From Mobula hypostoma (Eukaryota): a DNA stretch of 64,000 nt. The notes beneath the pieces are model-generated. The model was not told the DNA's origin, searched no databases, and saw only the letters and a program-made list of their open reading frames with translations. The stretch lies in contig NC_086118.1 in NCBI RefSeq assembly GCF_963921235.1, positions 21,392,001-21,456,000 of the forward strand, written 5' to 3'. Made by a program: the position numbers and the translations under genes. This document shows, one piece after another, positions 24,505 to 35,781 of the stretch (position 1 is its first letter; each line of letters opens with the position of its first letter).

Positions 24505-26915
24505 TAAGGATTGAAGGGTGCCCATTCAGAACAGAAATGTGAAGAAATTTTTTTAGTCAGAGGGTGGTGAATCTATGGAATTTGTTTCCATGGGCAGCAG
24601 TGGAGGCCAAATCATTGCATGTATTTAAGGCAGAGATTGATAGGTATCTGAGTAGCCAGGGCATCAAAGGTTATGGTGAGAAGGCGGGGGAGCGGGACTA
24701 AATAGGAGAATGGATCAGCTGATGATAAAATGGCGGAGCAGACTCGATGGGCTGAATGGCCTACTTCTGCTCCTTTGTCTTATGGTCTTTAGTTTCTCCT
24801 AGATGTCTGAGTTGTATATAGAAACATAGAAATCTACAGCGCATTACAGGCCCTTTGGCCCACAATGTTGTGGCGACCATGTAACCTACTCTTGAAATTT
24901 GCCTAGTGCATAGCCCTCTACTTTTCTAAGCTCCATGTATCTACCTAAGAGTCTCTTAAAAGGTCCTATTGTATCCACCTCAACCACCTTCACTGCCAGT
25001 GCTTTCCACGCACCCACCAGTCTGTGAAAAATTTACCTCTGACATCCCCCTTGTATCCATTTCCAAGCACCTTAAAACTATGCCCCCTTGAGTTAGCCAT
25101 TTCAGCCCTGGGAAAAAGCCTCTGGCTATCCACACAATCAATAACTCTCATCATCTTATACACTTCTATCAGGTCACCTCTCATCATCCATCGCTCCAAG
25201 GAAAAAAGGCCAAGTTCACTCAACCTATTCACATAAGACATGCTCTCCAATCCAGGCAACATCCTTGTAAATCTCCTCTGCACTCTCTCTATTGTATCCG
25301 CATCCTTCCTGTAATGAGGTGACAAGTACTGAGCTGAAGTGGGGTCTAACTATGGTATATGGTGACGTATGTAGTTTGATAATAAATTTACTTTGAACTT
25401 TAACTGTTAATTTTTTTTGAGTTTAGGAAACTTTTCTGATATCTGTTTGAGTTTGCTTTTTACCAATTTTAACTTAAAAATCAGAATTATTATCACCAAC
25501 TTAGATGACATGAAATCAACTAGACAAATGAGGTTCTTCAGTCCTGCCGAAAGGTTTTGGCCCAAAACGTCGAATGTAATTTTTTCCATAGATGCTGTGT
25601 TCCTCCAGCATTTTGTGTGTGTTGCTTGGATTTCCAGCATCTACAGATTTTTTCTTGTTTGAGATAAAGATAAACTGTAACTGGTTAGACCACACTTGGA
25701 GTACTGTGTCCAGTTCTGGTCGCCTCACTGTAGGAAGGATGTGGAAGCATTGGAAAGGGTACAGAGGAGATTTAATAGGATGCTGCCTGGTTTAGAGAGT
25801 ATGCATTATGATCAGAGATTAAGAGAGCTAGGGCTTTACTCTTTGGAGAGGAGGACGATGAGAGGAGACATGATAGAGGTATATAAGATATTAAGAGGAA
25901 TAGATAGAGTGGACAGCCAGCGCCTCTTCCCCAGGGCACCACTGCTCAATACAAGAGGACATGGCTTTAAGGTAAGGGGTGGGAAGTTCAAGGGGGATAT
26001 TAGAGGAAGGTTTTTCACTCAGAGAGTGGTTGGTGCGTGGAATGCACTGCCTGAGTCACTGCTGGAGGCAGATACACTAGTGAAATTTAAGAGACTACTA
26101 GACAGGTACTTGGAGGAATTTAAACTGTGGGGTTATATGGGAGGCAGGGTTTAAAGGTCAGCACAACATTGTGGGCTGAAGGGCCTGTACTATTCTATGT
26201 TCTATATATTTGTTATGTGTACATCAAACATACAGTAAAATGCATTATTTGCATCAAATCATATCAGCAAGGCTTTTGCTGGGCACCCTGCAGTGCCAAT
26301 GTAGCATGCCAACAACTCACTAATGCTAACCTGGATATCCTTGGGATGAGCCAGGAAACCAGAGCACCTAGAGGAAAGCCATGTGGTCAAAGGAAATTCC
26401 TTACAGGCAGAAGCAGGAAATGAGTTTAATTACAATAACATTACAGATTTACCATTTCTATTCTACCACGCATCCCTTTAAGATCACCTTTCCATAAGGT
26501 ATAGGAGCAGGATTAGGCCATTTGGACAATTGAGTCTGCTCTACCATTTTATTATTCCTCTCAGCCCCAATCTCCTGGTTTATCCCCATATCTCTTCATG
26601 TCTTGACCAATCACAAATCTATCAACCTCTGCCTTAAATATAAATAAAGACTTGACATCCACAGCTACCTGTGGCAACAAATTCACCACTCCCTGGCTAA
26701 AGAAATTTGTCCTCATCTTTGTCCTAAAAGGACATCCTTCTATTCTGAGGCTGTGTCCTCTGGTCCTAGACTCTTCCACCTGAGAAAACATCCTCTTCAC
26801 ATCCACTCTATCAAGACCTTTCACCATTTGATAGGGGTCAATGGGGTCACCCCTCATTCTTCTGAATTCCAGTGAATACAGGCCCAGAGCCATCAAATGC
26901 TCTTCGTATAACAAA
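24505..26915. mobile_element. Cluster of CR1 3' ends (+24505-24790, -24817-25350, +25672-26205, -26490-26915) with a Penelope repeat at about 25536-25660
   Basis: ORFs 24990-25325, 25696-26154 and 26561-26914 are all CR1 ORF2 C-termini (ERVQRRFTRMLPGLE...RGDLIEVYK...WNALP). Confidence 0.88.
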
Positions 26916-27485
26916 TCTTCATATTCATCATCCTGAAATGGAAACCTATCATTGTTACTCCATTAAAAATCTTGGGATTCCTTCCTTTGCAGGAGTACAA
27001 AAAGGCTCACCACCATTCTCTCATCAGCAATTTAGAATGGGCAATTAAATGCTAGCTCAACCTGCATAGCTGAAGTCTCTTGAATTAATTTAAAATGGGG
27101 GGGGGGGATGGAGGCAAACTTTAGCAGGAAAGGCATAGCCTTGTCATTAAGCTATTGCCATTATTATTCCTAATGATTTGATCGCTCTTATTCTGGATGT
27201 GTGAAATTACATGACAATGCAAGATGCCAGGAATTTGCTACAGATTGGATATTCTCATGCACAAATTGCACATTAATTGTTATTCCCAGGGTTAGGCTGC
27301 ACAACCAAAGGTAAAAGCAAATAACATTAATTGTTAATTGGGCTGGGCACTCCTGTGTGTACTTCCCCTATTGTCTGTAACCAAAGGATGTCTGTCATCA
27401 GTTGTGCATCTAGTATTAACTGCAGCCAATTCCACAACTACTGAAATAAATTAGAGACTAAGGGTTCAACCTTGCTTATCTTTGA

Positions 27486-28313
27486 TGGAGGGGAGGGGAG
27501 GGGAGGGGAGGGGAGGGGAGGGGAGGGGAGGGGATGGAGGGGAGGGGAGGGGAGGGGATGGAGGGGAGGGGAGGGGAGGGGATGGAGGGGAGGGGAGGGG
27601 AGGGGAGGGGAGGGGAGGGGAGGGGATGGAGGGGAGGGGATGGAGGGGAGGGGAGGGGAGGGGAGGGGAGGGGATGGAGGGGAGGGGAGGGGAGAGGAGG
27701 GGATGGAGGGGAGGGGAGGGGAGGGGATGGAGGGGAGGGGAGGGGAGGGGATGGAGGGGAGGGGAGGGGAGGGGAGGGGAGGGGATGGAGGGGAGGGGAG
27801 GGGATGGAGGGGAGGGGAGGGGAGGGGAGGGGAGGGGATGGAGGGGAGGGGAGGGGAGGGTATGGAGGTGAGGGGAGGTGAGGGGAGGGGAGGGGATTGA
27901 GGTGAGGTGAGGGGAGGGGAGGGGAGGGGAGGGGAGGGGAGGGGAGGGGATGGAGGGGAGGGGATGGAGGGGAGGAGAGGGGAGGGGATGGAGGGGAGGG
28001 GATGGAGGGGAGGGGAGGGGAGGGGATGGAGGTGAAGGGAGGGGATGGGAGGTGAGGGGATGGGAGGTGAGGGGATGGGAGGGGATGGGATGGAGGTGAG
28101 GGGATGGGAGGGGATGGGATGGAGGTGAGGGGATGGGAGGTGAGGGGATGGAGGTGAGGGGATGGAAGGGAGGGGAGGAGATGGAGGGGAGGAGATGGAG
28201 GGGAGGGGAGGAGATGGAGGGGAGGGAGGGGAGGGAGGGAGAGGAGGAGATGGGAGGTCGGGAGGGGAGGGGATGGAAGGGAGGGGAGGAGATGGAGGGG
28301 AGGGGAGGGGGTG
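27486..28313 (+). repeat. (GGGGA)n / GGGGATGGA purine-rich minisatellite
   Basis: About 830 bp of almost only G and A, with GGGGA units punctuated by GGATGGA and GGTGA variants. Confidence 0.97.
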
Positions 28314-28404
28314 GAAGAGTCAAGAAGCAAAGCCTGTAGTACAGAGATCTGAATTAAAGGATCCCCATTATGACAGTGCAACATGTGTAAAACTATTTGT
28401 GTAT

Positions 28405-29195
28405 TTCCATGGATACTGTCTGACCTGCTGAGTTCCTCCAGCATGTTGCGTGTGATGCTTTGGATATCAAGCGTCTTCAGAATGTGTCATGTTTGTAACT
28501 CATCTGGAGGAACTCTACAGGTCAGAGAGCATCTGTGGAAATGAATGAACAGTTAATGTTTCAGGCTGAGACCCTTCATCAGGACTGGAAAATAAGGGAG
28601 AGGATGCCTGAATAAAGGGTGGTGGGGGAGGGGGAGGGGACAAGCCAGAAGGTGATTAGGCAGGACGTGAAGGGATACAAGGAGAAGGCAGGATATTGAG
28701 GGGGAGAGGAAAATTAAATCAGCCGTGATGAAATGGCAGAGCAGATTCGATGGGCATAATTCTGCTCCTATATCTTATGTTTTTATGGTGATGAAGTCAG
28801 GTTCTCCTCCATTCCCTGGACACCTGTGGTCATCCATCCTCCTGTCACCTTAACAGGGATAGAGTTCCTCTTGGCCTTACCTACCATCCCATTAGCCTCT
28901 GCATCCAGCACATCATACTTCGCTACTTCCGCTACCTTCAACGGGACCCTACTACCAAACCCATATTTACGTTCTTCCGATTCTCTGCTTTCTGCTGGGA
29001 TCATTCCTTCCATGATTCCCTTGTCCATTCACCCCTCCCAGCTATCTTTCTACAACCACTTATCCCGTGGCAGAAGTGCTACACCTGTCCCTTCACCTCC
29101 ATTCAAGACCAAAAACAGTCCTTCTAGGAAAGGCAACACTTTATCTGCAAATGTTGGGGTCGTCTACTCTATCCGGTGCTTCCAATGTAACTTTG
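28405..29195. mobile_element. Penelope-like element fragments (terminal repeats plus linker/GIY-YIG coding remnant on +)
   Basis: 28860-29190 translates, with lesions, to RVPLGLTYHPISLCIQHIILRYFRYLQRDPTTKPIF...SAF.WDHSFHDSLVHS...CYTCP...VVYSIRCFQC, typical of vertebrate Penelope ORFs. A hammerhead core lies on the minus strand at 28550-28587. Confidence 0.8.
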
Positions 29196-30114
29196 GAAGG
29201 CTTTAGTGCAGGAAAGTGGTGCTGAGGTAAAAGATCTGTCATGATTTTACTAAACGGTGGATTGTGCAGAAGTTACTAAATGGGGCCTACTTTTGTTAGT
29301 CTTTCTTACCTGCCTGCCTGTCCAGTACCCAGCATGAGTATAAGGAGGCCTTGTGTACAAAACCTGATGGGAAACATGCAAGTCCTGAATTTGTGCAAAA
29401 TGCCTAATATATGCTTTTACCTTAATTCACAGTATTTTTATCAGATTAGCTGGATTGATACCTAGCACAACTAAAAGTGAAATTATGTTCCTCAACATAT
29501 ATGGCGATGACCAGCATTGAAACATGATTCTGTGAGATGTGAATGAAACTGTTGTTTTGACTGGAAATCAATTAGGATCAACAAGGGAAACATTCCAGTG
29601 ATATTCATCCATAGTAATATTGTTGGTCATAAAGGTTCTCCATTACCTATATTTCAAACCGGATGAGTGAACAATACAGATTCCGTTTAAGTATGGGATT
29701 ATAATATACAACTGATTGAGACCGACGCTGCTTCACCACAGATTTGCTACTGAAACCCCCGTGCATATCTTACTGACGTCTGGACCTGAGCACAATGCTG
29801 CAATCTTGGCTACCCTTGTTCTATACTCTGAAAACTTCAGTTAATCAAGTCCTCTAGCATATACACATAGTCTGAAGTTCACCTGTACTCCCTTATGGAT
29901 TGCATTCTTCATAGGGTGAAGCAAAATCTTGATCTTTCTCTCAGAGTTCAGTTTTCACCTCTCTGTTTTGTTATACCATGGGAAATGTCTGGGCTTCTCC
30001 ATTTATTCTTTATTGATTTCCACCAGTAACAGTTTACACGCAGCTGCATCTCTAATTTTCAATTTCTTTAACTTAAACTACATCTTTAGCTAGTCCTTGT
30101 CTATAAATGTGCTT

Positions 30115-30870
30115 GTGTCCTGATGAAGGATCTCGTCCCAAAACATCTACTGTTTATTCCTCTCCATAGATGCTGCCTGACTGCTGAGGTCCTCCAGAAT
30201 TTGTGGATGTTGCTCAAGATTTCCAGCATCCGCAGCATCTGTGTGTTCATAAATAGATTGTTTTCTTATGTCAGGTGTGTAGTTCTTTTTTGCAAGCATC
30301 CTTGAAAAAAATCTTTAGGTCCTGATGACAACGGGACGTGGCGCTCAAGATATAAACAGAAGAGATTCTGCAGTTCCTGGAAATCTAGAGCAACATACAC
30401 GAAATGCAGGAAGAACTCAGCAAGTCAGGCAGCATCAATGGAGGGAAATGAGCAGTCATGTTTCAGGCTGAGACCCTTCATCAGGACTGGAAAGGAAGGG
30501 AACAGAAGACAGAATAAGAAGGTGCTGGGGGGAGGGGAAAGAGTGCAAGGGATACCTGAACACTCCTCTCTCTTTCCTTTTCCTATTTTGTTTATCCTCA
30601 GCTGCCCATCACCTCCTTCTGCTTCCCCTCTTCCTTCTGTTTTTTTCCATTGCCCATTGTCCTCTCCAATTAGATTGCTTCTTCTTCAGCCCTTTACCTC
30701 TTCCACCTATCCTCTCCCAGCTTCTTACTTCATCGTCCTCTTCCAGCTACCCATCTTCCCCCTCACCTGGTTCCAACAATTATCCGCCAACTTGTACTCC
30801 TTCACCTCCTCCCACCTTCTTATTCTGGCTGTCTTGCTAAATTCCTCCAGCATTTTGTGTGTTGCAACCA
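30115..30870. mobile_element. Penelope-like repeats in both orientations
   Basis: Hammerhead-like cores at 30117-30152 (+) and 30453-30489 (-), followed by the pyrimidine-rich 3' region. Confidence 0.7.
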
Positions 30871-33348
30871 GAGGACTATACAGATTGGCTACAACTTTCT
30901 CTGTATTCCATACCATTGTTTTATTTCAAAATCCTAAACTTGCCATACTGCAAAATACTGTTACGAATCATAAATATCTTAAAAAATATAGTATAAAGTT
31001 CCCGACATAATTTAGAAATTACTTATCTTTTTCGCTTTATAAAACAGCGTTGATGCAACCTTCAGCAATCCATCAGAAATAACTGAAATATTTTTTCAAT
31101 ATTGCTTTGTTTATTTCATGTGTAAACACAATGGCAAGGATTGTTTTGTTAATTTTGATCAATTCTTTCCCTATAATGAATTCATCTCATTGATCTTCTG
31201 ACTTGCATTTCAATTATCCCCACAGACCTACAGATCTAGTTAATAACATAACATTTTAGTTTACTTCTAGATCTTGTCATGATACACCACCCATCCCATG
31301 TGTTGATGATAAATTCCTTCCATCTCCTAAACTTGTTATAATCAGCATAATATTAACATTGCCACATTTCCGTTAACCCAGTAAACTTAAACTCCATTAA
31401 TCTGGCACTATGGGACTTCGGTAGTGCTGAACTAACAGATTTTTTGGATTCTTGGGTAGTCCTGTTGTGTACTTTGCTTCATGGAAACATGACTCACCCC
31501 CACCATTTTTGACACAGCACTGCCGTCTGAGGGCTTCACCATCCACCACAACGCCAAGATGGCCGAATCTTTTAAAGGTAGAGAAAATCAAGAATGCTTC
31601 ATGATTAACTCATCATGATGCACAGGCTTGGCGGTTCTGTCTTATTTCTGTTCACCCGACACTTGTGGTCAAGTGTCGTCCGTTTTATCTGCTGAGGGAG
31701 CTTTTCACCATCACCCTGATAGTGGTGTACATTCCAACTCTGGCCAATGTCATGCAGGCACTGGAAGGAGCTGAGCACCATGATCAGCAGGCATGAAGCA
31801 GTGCACCCCGATGCCTTCCCTATCATTGCGGGGGATTTCAACCAGGCCAGCTTAAGCGACTCTCTGAATAACTACCACCAATATACTACCTGTGGAACCA
31901 GAGGGGTCAGCACACTGGACCACTGTTAACCACCATCAAGAACACTTATAGTGCCATCCCACGTCTGCACTTTGGAAAGTGTGATCAGCTGGCTGTACTT
32001 CTACTCCCGGCATATAGGCAGAGACTAAAGACCACGGCACCACTGGCGAGGACCATGAAGTTATGGTCAAGAGAGATGGAGGAGTGCTTACAGGAGGACT
32101 TTGAATCGGTGGACTAGACAATAATCAGGGATTCATCTTCATCTGAATGAATACGTCACGGTTGTCAGCGACTTCATCAAGACCTGCGTGGATGTGTGTG
32201 TGCTTTCAAGAACGTACTGGACATACCAAAAGCTATTATGAGCCAGGAGATTTGCAGTCTGCTGAGAGCTAGATCTGTGGCATTCAAGACCGGTGATCCG
32301 GAACTATACTAAAGGTCCAGGTACGACCTATGAAAGGCTATTTTAAAAGTGAGAAAATGATTCCAATTGAAGTTAGATACTGAATCGGATGCACATCAGC
32401 CTTGGTAGGGTTTGCAGGCCATTACTTTGTACAAAACAAAACCTAACATCATGAATAACAGTGATGTTTCACTCCCAGATGAGCTAAATGCCTTTTATGC
32501 ACATTTCGAAAGAGAGAATAAAACAACACCCGTGCAAATCCCTGCAGGATCCCTGGAGGAATCTTTGTCTCGGAGACTGATGTCAGTACATCTTTCACGA
32601 GGGTGAACCCTCACAAGGCATCAAGGCCTGATAGCATACCTTATAGGGCAGTGTTTTGGAATCTTTTTCAGACCAATGCCCCTCTAAAGCACTTTCATAC
32701 TTGACAACACCCCTCTTAGGCACAATATCCTTTCCAGTGCCCCTGTAGTGTAAAAACATGTCTACTATATGTTAAAAAATGAGAAAAATGATTCTGCTTT
32801 AAATTTTTATTTGTCCTTAAATCTAGCTAAGATCGTACCTGTGCACTGTACAGCAGCTTTGATATCAATGTGATCTTGAGCTTGGTGGGTTTTTTTAGCA
32901 AGAGTTGAAATATCTGGTTCAAGTTGTGAGGGCAAAAGCCTTGAGTCCCCATGTGTAACATTATCCAAATAGTTTCTGTTTTTTTGTGAGTATGTGGTTC
33001 ACTCCACTGCAGTCTCTTCCAACAAGGTAGGAGGATGGAAATGCATTGAAGAGCAGTTTGGCTCATCTCCAAGGATCAGGAAACTTCGTATGACAGTGTA
33101 GCCACATACCACAAAGCCGACATTTTTGAAAATCATTTTTTGCTTCCTCATCATTCTGAATTTTGATAATTTCTTCTTGCAAGCTCTCTTCCTGTTCTTC
33201 CACCTTGCAAACAAATGGGTTAATTATCCAGCCCGGATTTCCCAGTTCGTTCATATCCTTGAATTGATTCTGAAAATCTTTTTCAGTGACTGCAGGTGTA
33301 AGCAGTACTCTTCCAAATCACTGTCTGTGAAAGAGAGTGCCAAACTTT

Positions 33349-35087
33349 CATAGAAACATAGAAAACATTCAGAACAATACAGGCCCTTCGGCCTACAAAG
33401 TTGTGCCGAACATGTCCCTACCTTAGAACTACCTAGGCTTTGCCCATAGCCCTCTACTTTTCTAAGCTCCATGTAGCCATCCAGGAGTCTCTTAAAAGAC
33501 CCTATCTTTTCCACCTCCACCACTGCCACCGGCAGCCCATTCCACGCATTCACTACTCTCTGCGTAAAAAACTTACCCCTGACGTTTCCTCTGTACCTAC
33601 TTCTAAGCACCCTAAAATCATACCCTCTCGTGCTAGCCAATTCAGCCCCGGGGAAAAGCCTCTGAATATCCACATGATCATTGCCTCTCATCATCTTGTA
33701 CATTTCTATCAAGTTACCGCTTATCCTCCATCGCTCCAAGGAGAAAAGGCTGAGTTCACACAACCTATTCTCATAAGGCATGCTCCCCAATCCAGGCAAC
33801 ATCTTTGTAAATCTCCTCTGCACTCTTTCTATGGTTTCCATGTCCTTCCTACAGTGAAAGGACCAGAAATGAGCTCAGTACTCCAAGTGGGGTCTGACCA
33901 GGGTCCTATATAGCTGCAACATTATCTCTCGGCTCTTAAACTTAATCCCACAATTGATGAAGGCCAACGCACCGTATGCCTTCTTAACCACACAGTCAAC
34001 CTGCGTAGCAGCTTTGAGTGTCCAATGGACTCGGACCCCCAGATCCCTCTGATCCTCCACACTGCCAAGAGTCCTACCATTAATACTATATTCTGTCATC
34101 ATATTTGACATACCAAAATGAACCACCTCACACTTATCTAGGTTGAACTCCAGCTACCACTTCTCAGCCCAGTTTTGCATCATATCAAAGTCTCGTTGTA
34201 ATCTCTGACAGCCCTCCACACTATCCACAACACACCCAACCTTTGTGTCATCAGAAAATTTACTAACCCAACCCTCCACTTCCTTATCCAGGTCATTTAT
34301 AAAAATCACAAAGAGTAGGGGTCCCGGAAAAGATCCCTGAGGTACACCACCGGTCACCGGCCTCCATGCAGAATATGACCCGTCTACAACCACTCTTTGC
34401 CTTCTGTGGGCAAGCCAGTTCTGGATCCACAAAGCAATGTCCCCTTGGATCCCATGCCTCCTTACTTTCTCAATAAGCCTTGCATGGGGTACCTTACCAA
34501 ATGCCTTGTTAAAATCCATATGCACTACATCTATGGCTCTACCTTCATCAATGTGCTTAGTCACATCTTCAAAAAATTTAATCAGGCTTGTAAGGCACAA
34601 CCTGCCTTTGAGAAAGCCATGCTTACTATTCCTAATCATATTATGCCTCTCCAAATGTTTATAAATCTTGCCTCTCAGGATCTTCTCCATCAACTTACCA
34701 ACCACTGAAGTGAGACTCACTGGCCTATAATTTCCTGGGATATCTCTACTCCCTTTCTTGAATAATGGAACAACATCTGCAACCCTCCAATCCTCTGGAA
34801 CCTCTCCCATCCTCATTGATGATGCAAGGATCACTGCCAGAGGCTCAGCAATGTCCTCCCTCACTTCCCACAGTAGCCTGGGTTACATCCCATCCGGTCA
34901 CGGTGACTTATCCAACTTGATGCTTTCCAAAAGCTCCAGCACATCCTCTTTCTTAAAATCTACATTCTCAAGCTTTTCAGTTCACTGCAAGTCATCCCTA
35001 CAATTGTCAAGATCCTTTTCCATAGTGAATACTGAAGCAAAGTATTCATTAAGTATCTCCGCTGTTTCCTCCGGTTCCATACACACT
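33349..35087 (-). mobile_element. 5'-truncated CR1 LINE inserted in the hAT transposase
   Basis: ORF 34154-34864 is an RT (VPEDWRVADVVPLFKKG...NYRPVSLTSVVGK...GVPQGS...KFSDDTK). C-terminal ORFs are 33875-34126 and 33251-33841, and the tail is (TTTCTATG)n. Confidence 0.93.
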
Positions 35088-35677
35088 GTTTCTATTCATG
35101 GAAACTGAGAATATTCTTCTCCCAATGTTATGCTTATATATTTCCAATTTTCCAATAAAAAGTAGACACTACATTTTTTACCTGAATTAAATTGGCATTC
35201 TCACCCTGCAGTTTCATATTTAGAATGTTCATTCTGTCATACAGATCAGCTAGTTATGCCACGTCTCCACGTAGAAGTTCAATCTTGTTTTGCAAGCTCT
35301 TGTCGACTTTGAGCAAAACTTCAATCACAGTGTCAAAAAGATCAAAGAAACATTTTAAGCAGCAACCTTTTGATAGCCGACGCATTTCATTTTGAGGAAG
35401 CAAGGGTTCAAACTCTTCATCATCATCTTGGCATAATTGGCAAAATATCCTGCTATTCAGTGGATGAGCTTTAATTTTGTTGACGGCAGATATTACAAGA
35501 GTCATGCTTGAAAACAGTCGCTGGCTGAGGCTTTTGGCTAGGAGATGTTGATGAATTACACAATGGATTGCAAACGGAATTGGAGGTCATTTTTTTCATA
35601 AATACCACTAAACCGGCAAGGCAACCTGTCATATATGGTGCTCCATCTGTTGCACAAGAAATCATGTTCCTCATCAG

Positions 35678-35781
35678 TCGACTGCGCCTCTTCCTAGAGA
35701 TGCTGCTTGGCCTGCTGCGTTCACCAGCAACTTTGATGTGTGTTGCTTGAATTTCCAGCATCTGCAGAATTCCTGTTGTTT
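35678..35781 (+). mobile_element. Truncated Penelope-like terminal repeat inserted in the hAT
   Basis: 14-bp TSD ATGTTCCTCATCAG (35664-35677) / ATGTTCCTAATCAG (35782-35795). Same family as 16261-16394. Confidence 0.85.

Noticed and set aside
27466..28444. Long Pro/Ser-rich and RGG-rich ORFs (285, 322 and 142 aa)
   Set aside because: They are translations of the (GGGGA)n tract, which is open in many frames on both strands, with no splice or codon evidence.
34154..34864. 236-aa reverse transcriptase ORF as a novel or functional RT system
   Set aside because: It is an ordinary 5'-truncated CR1 copy with stop codons and an altered FSDD motif.
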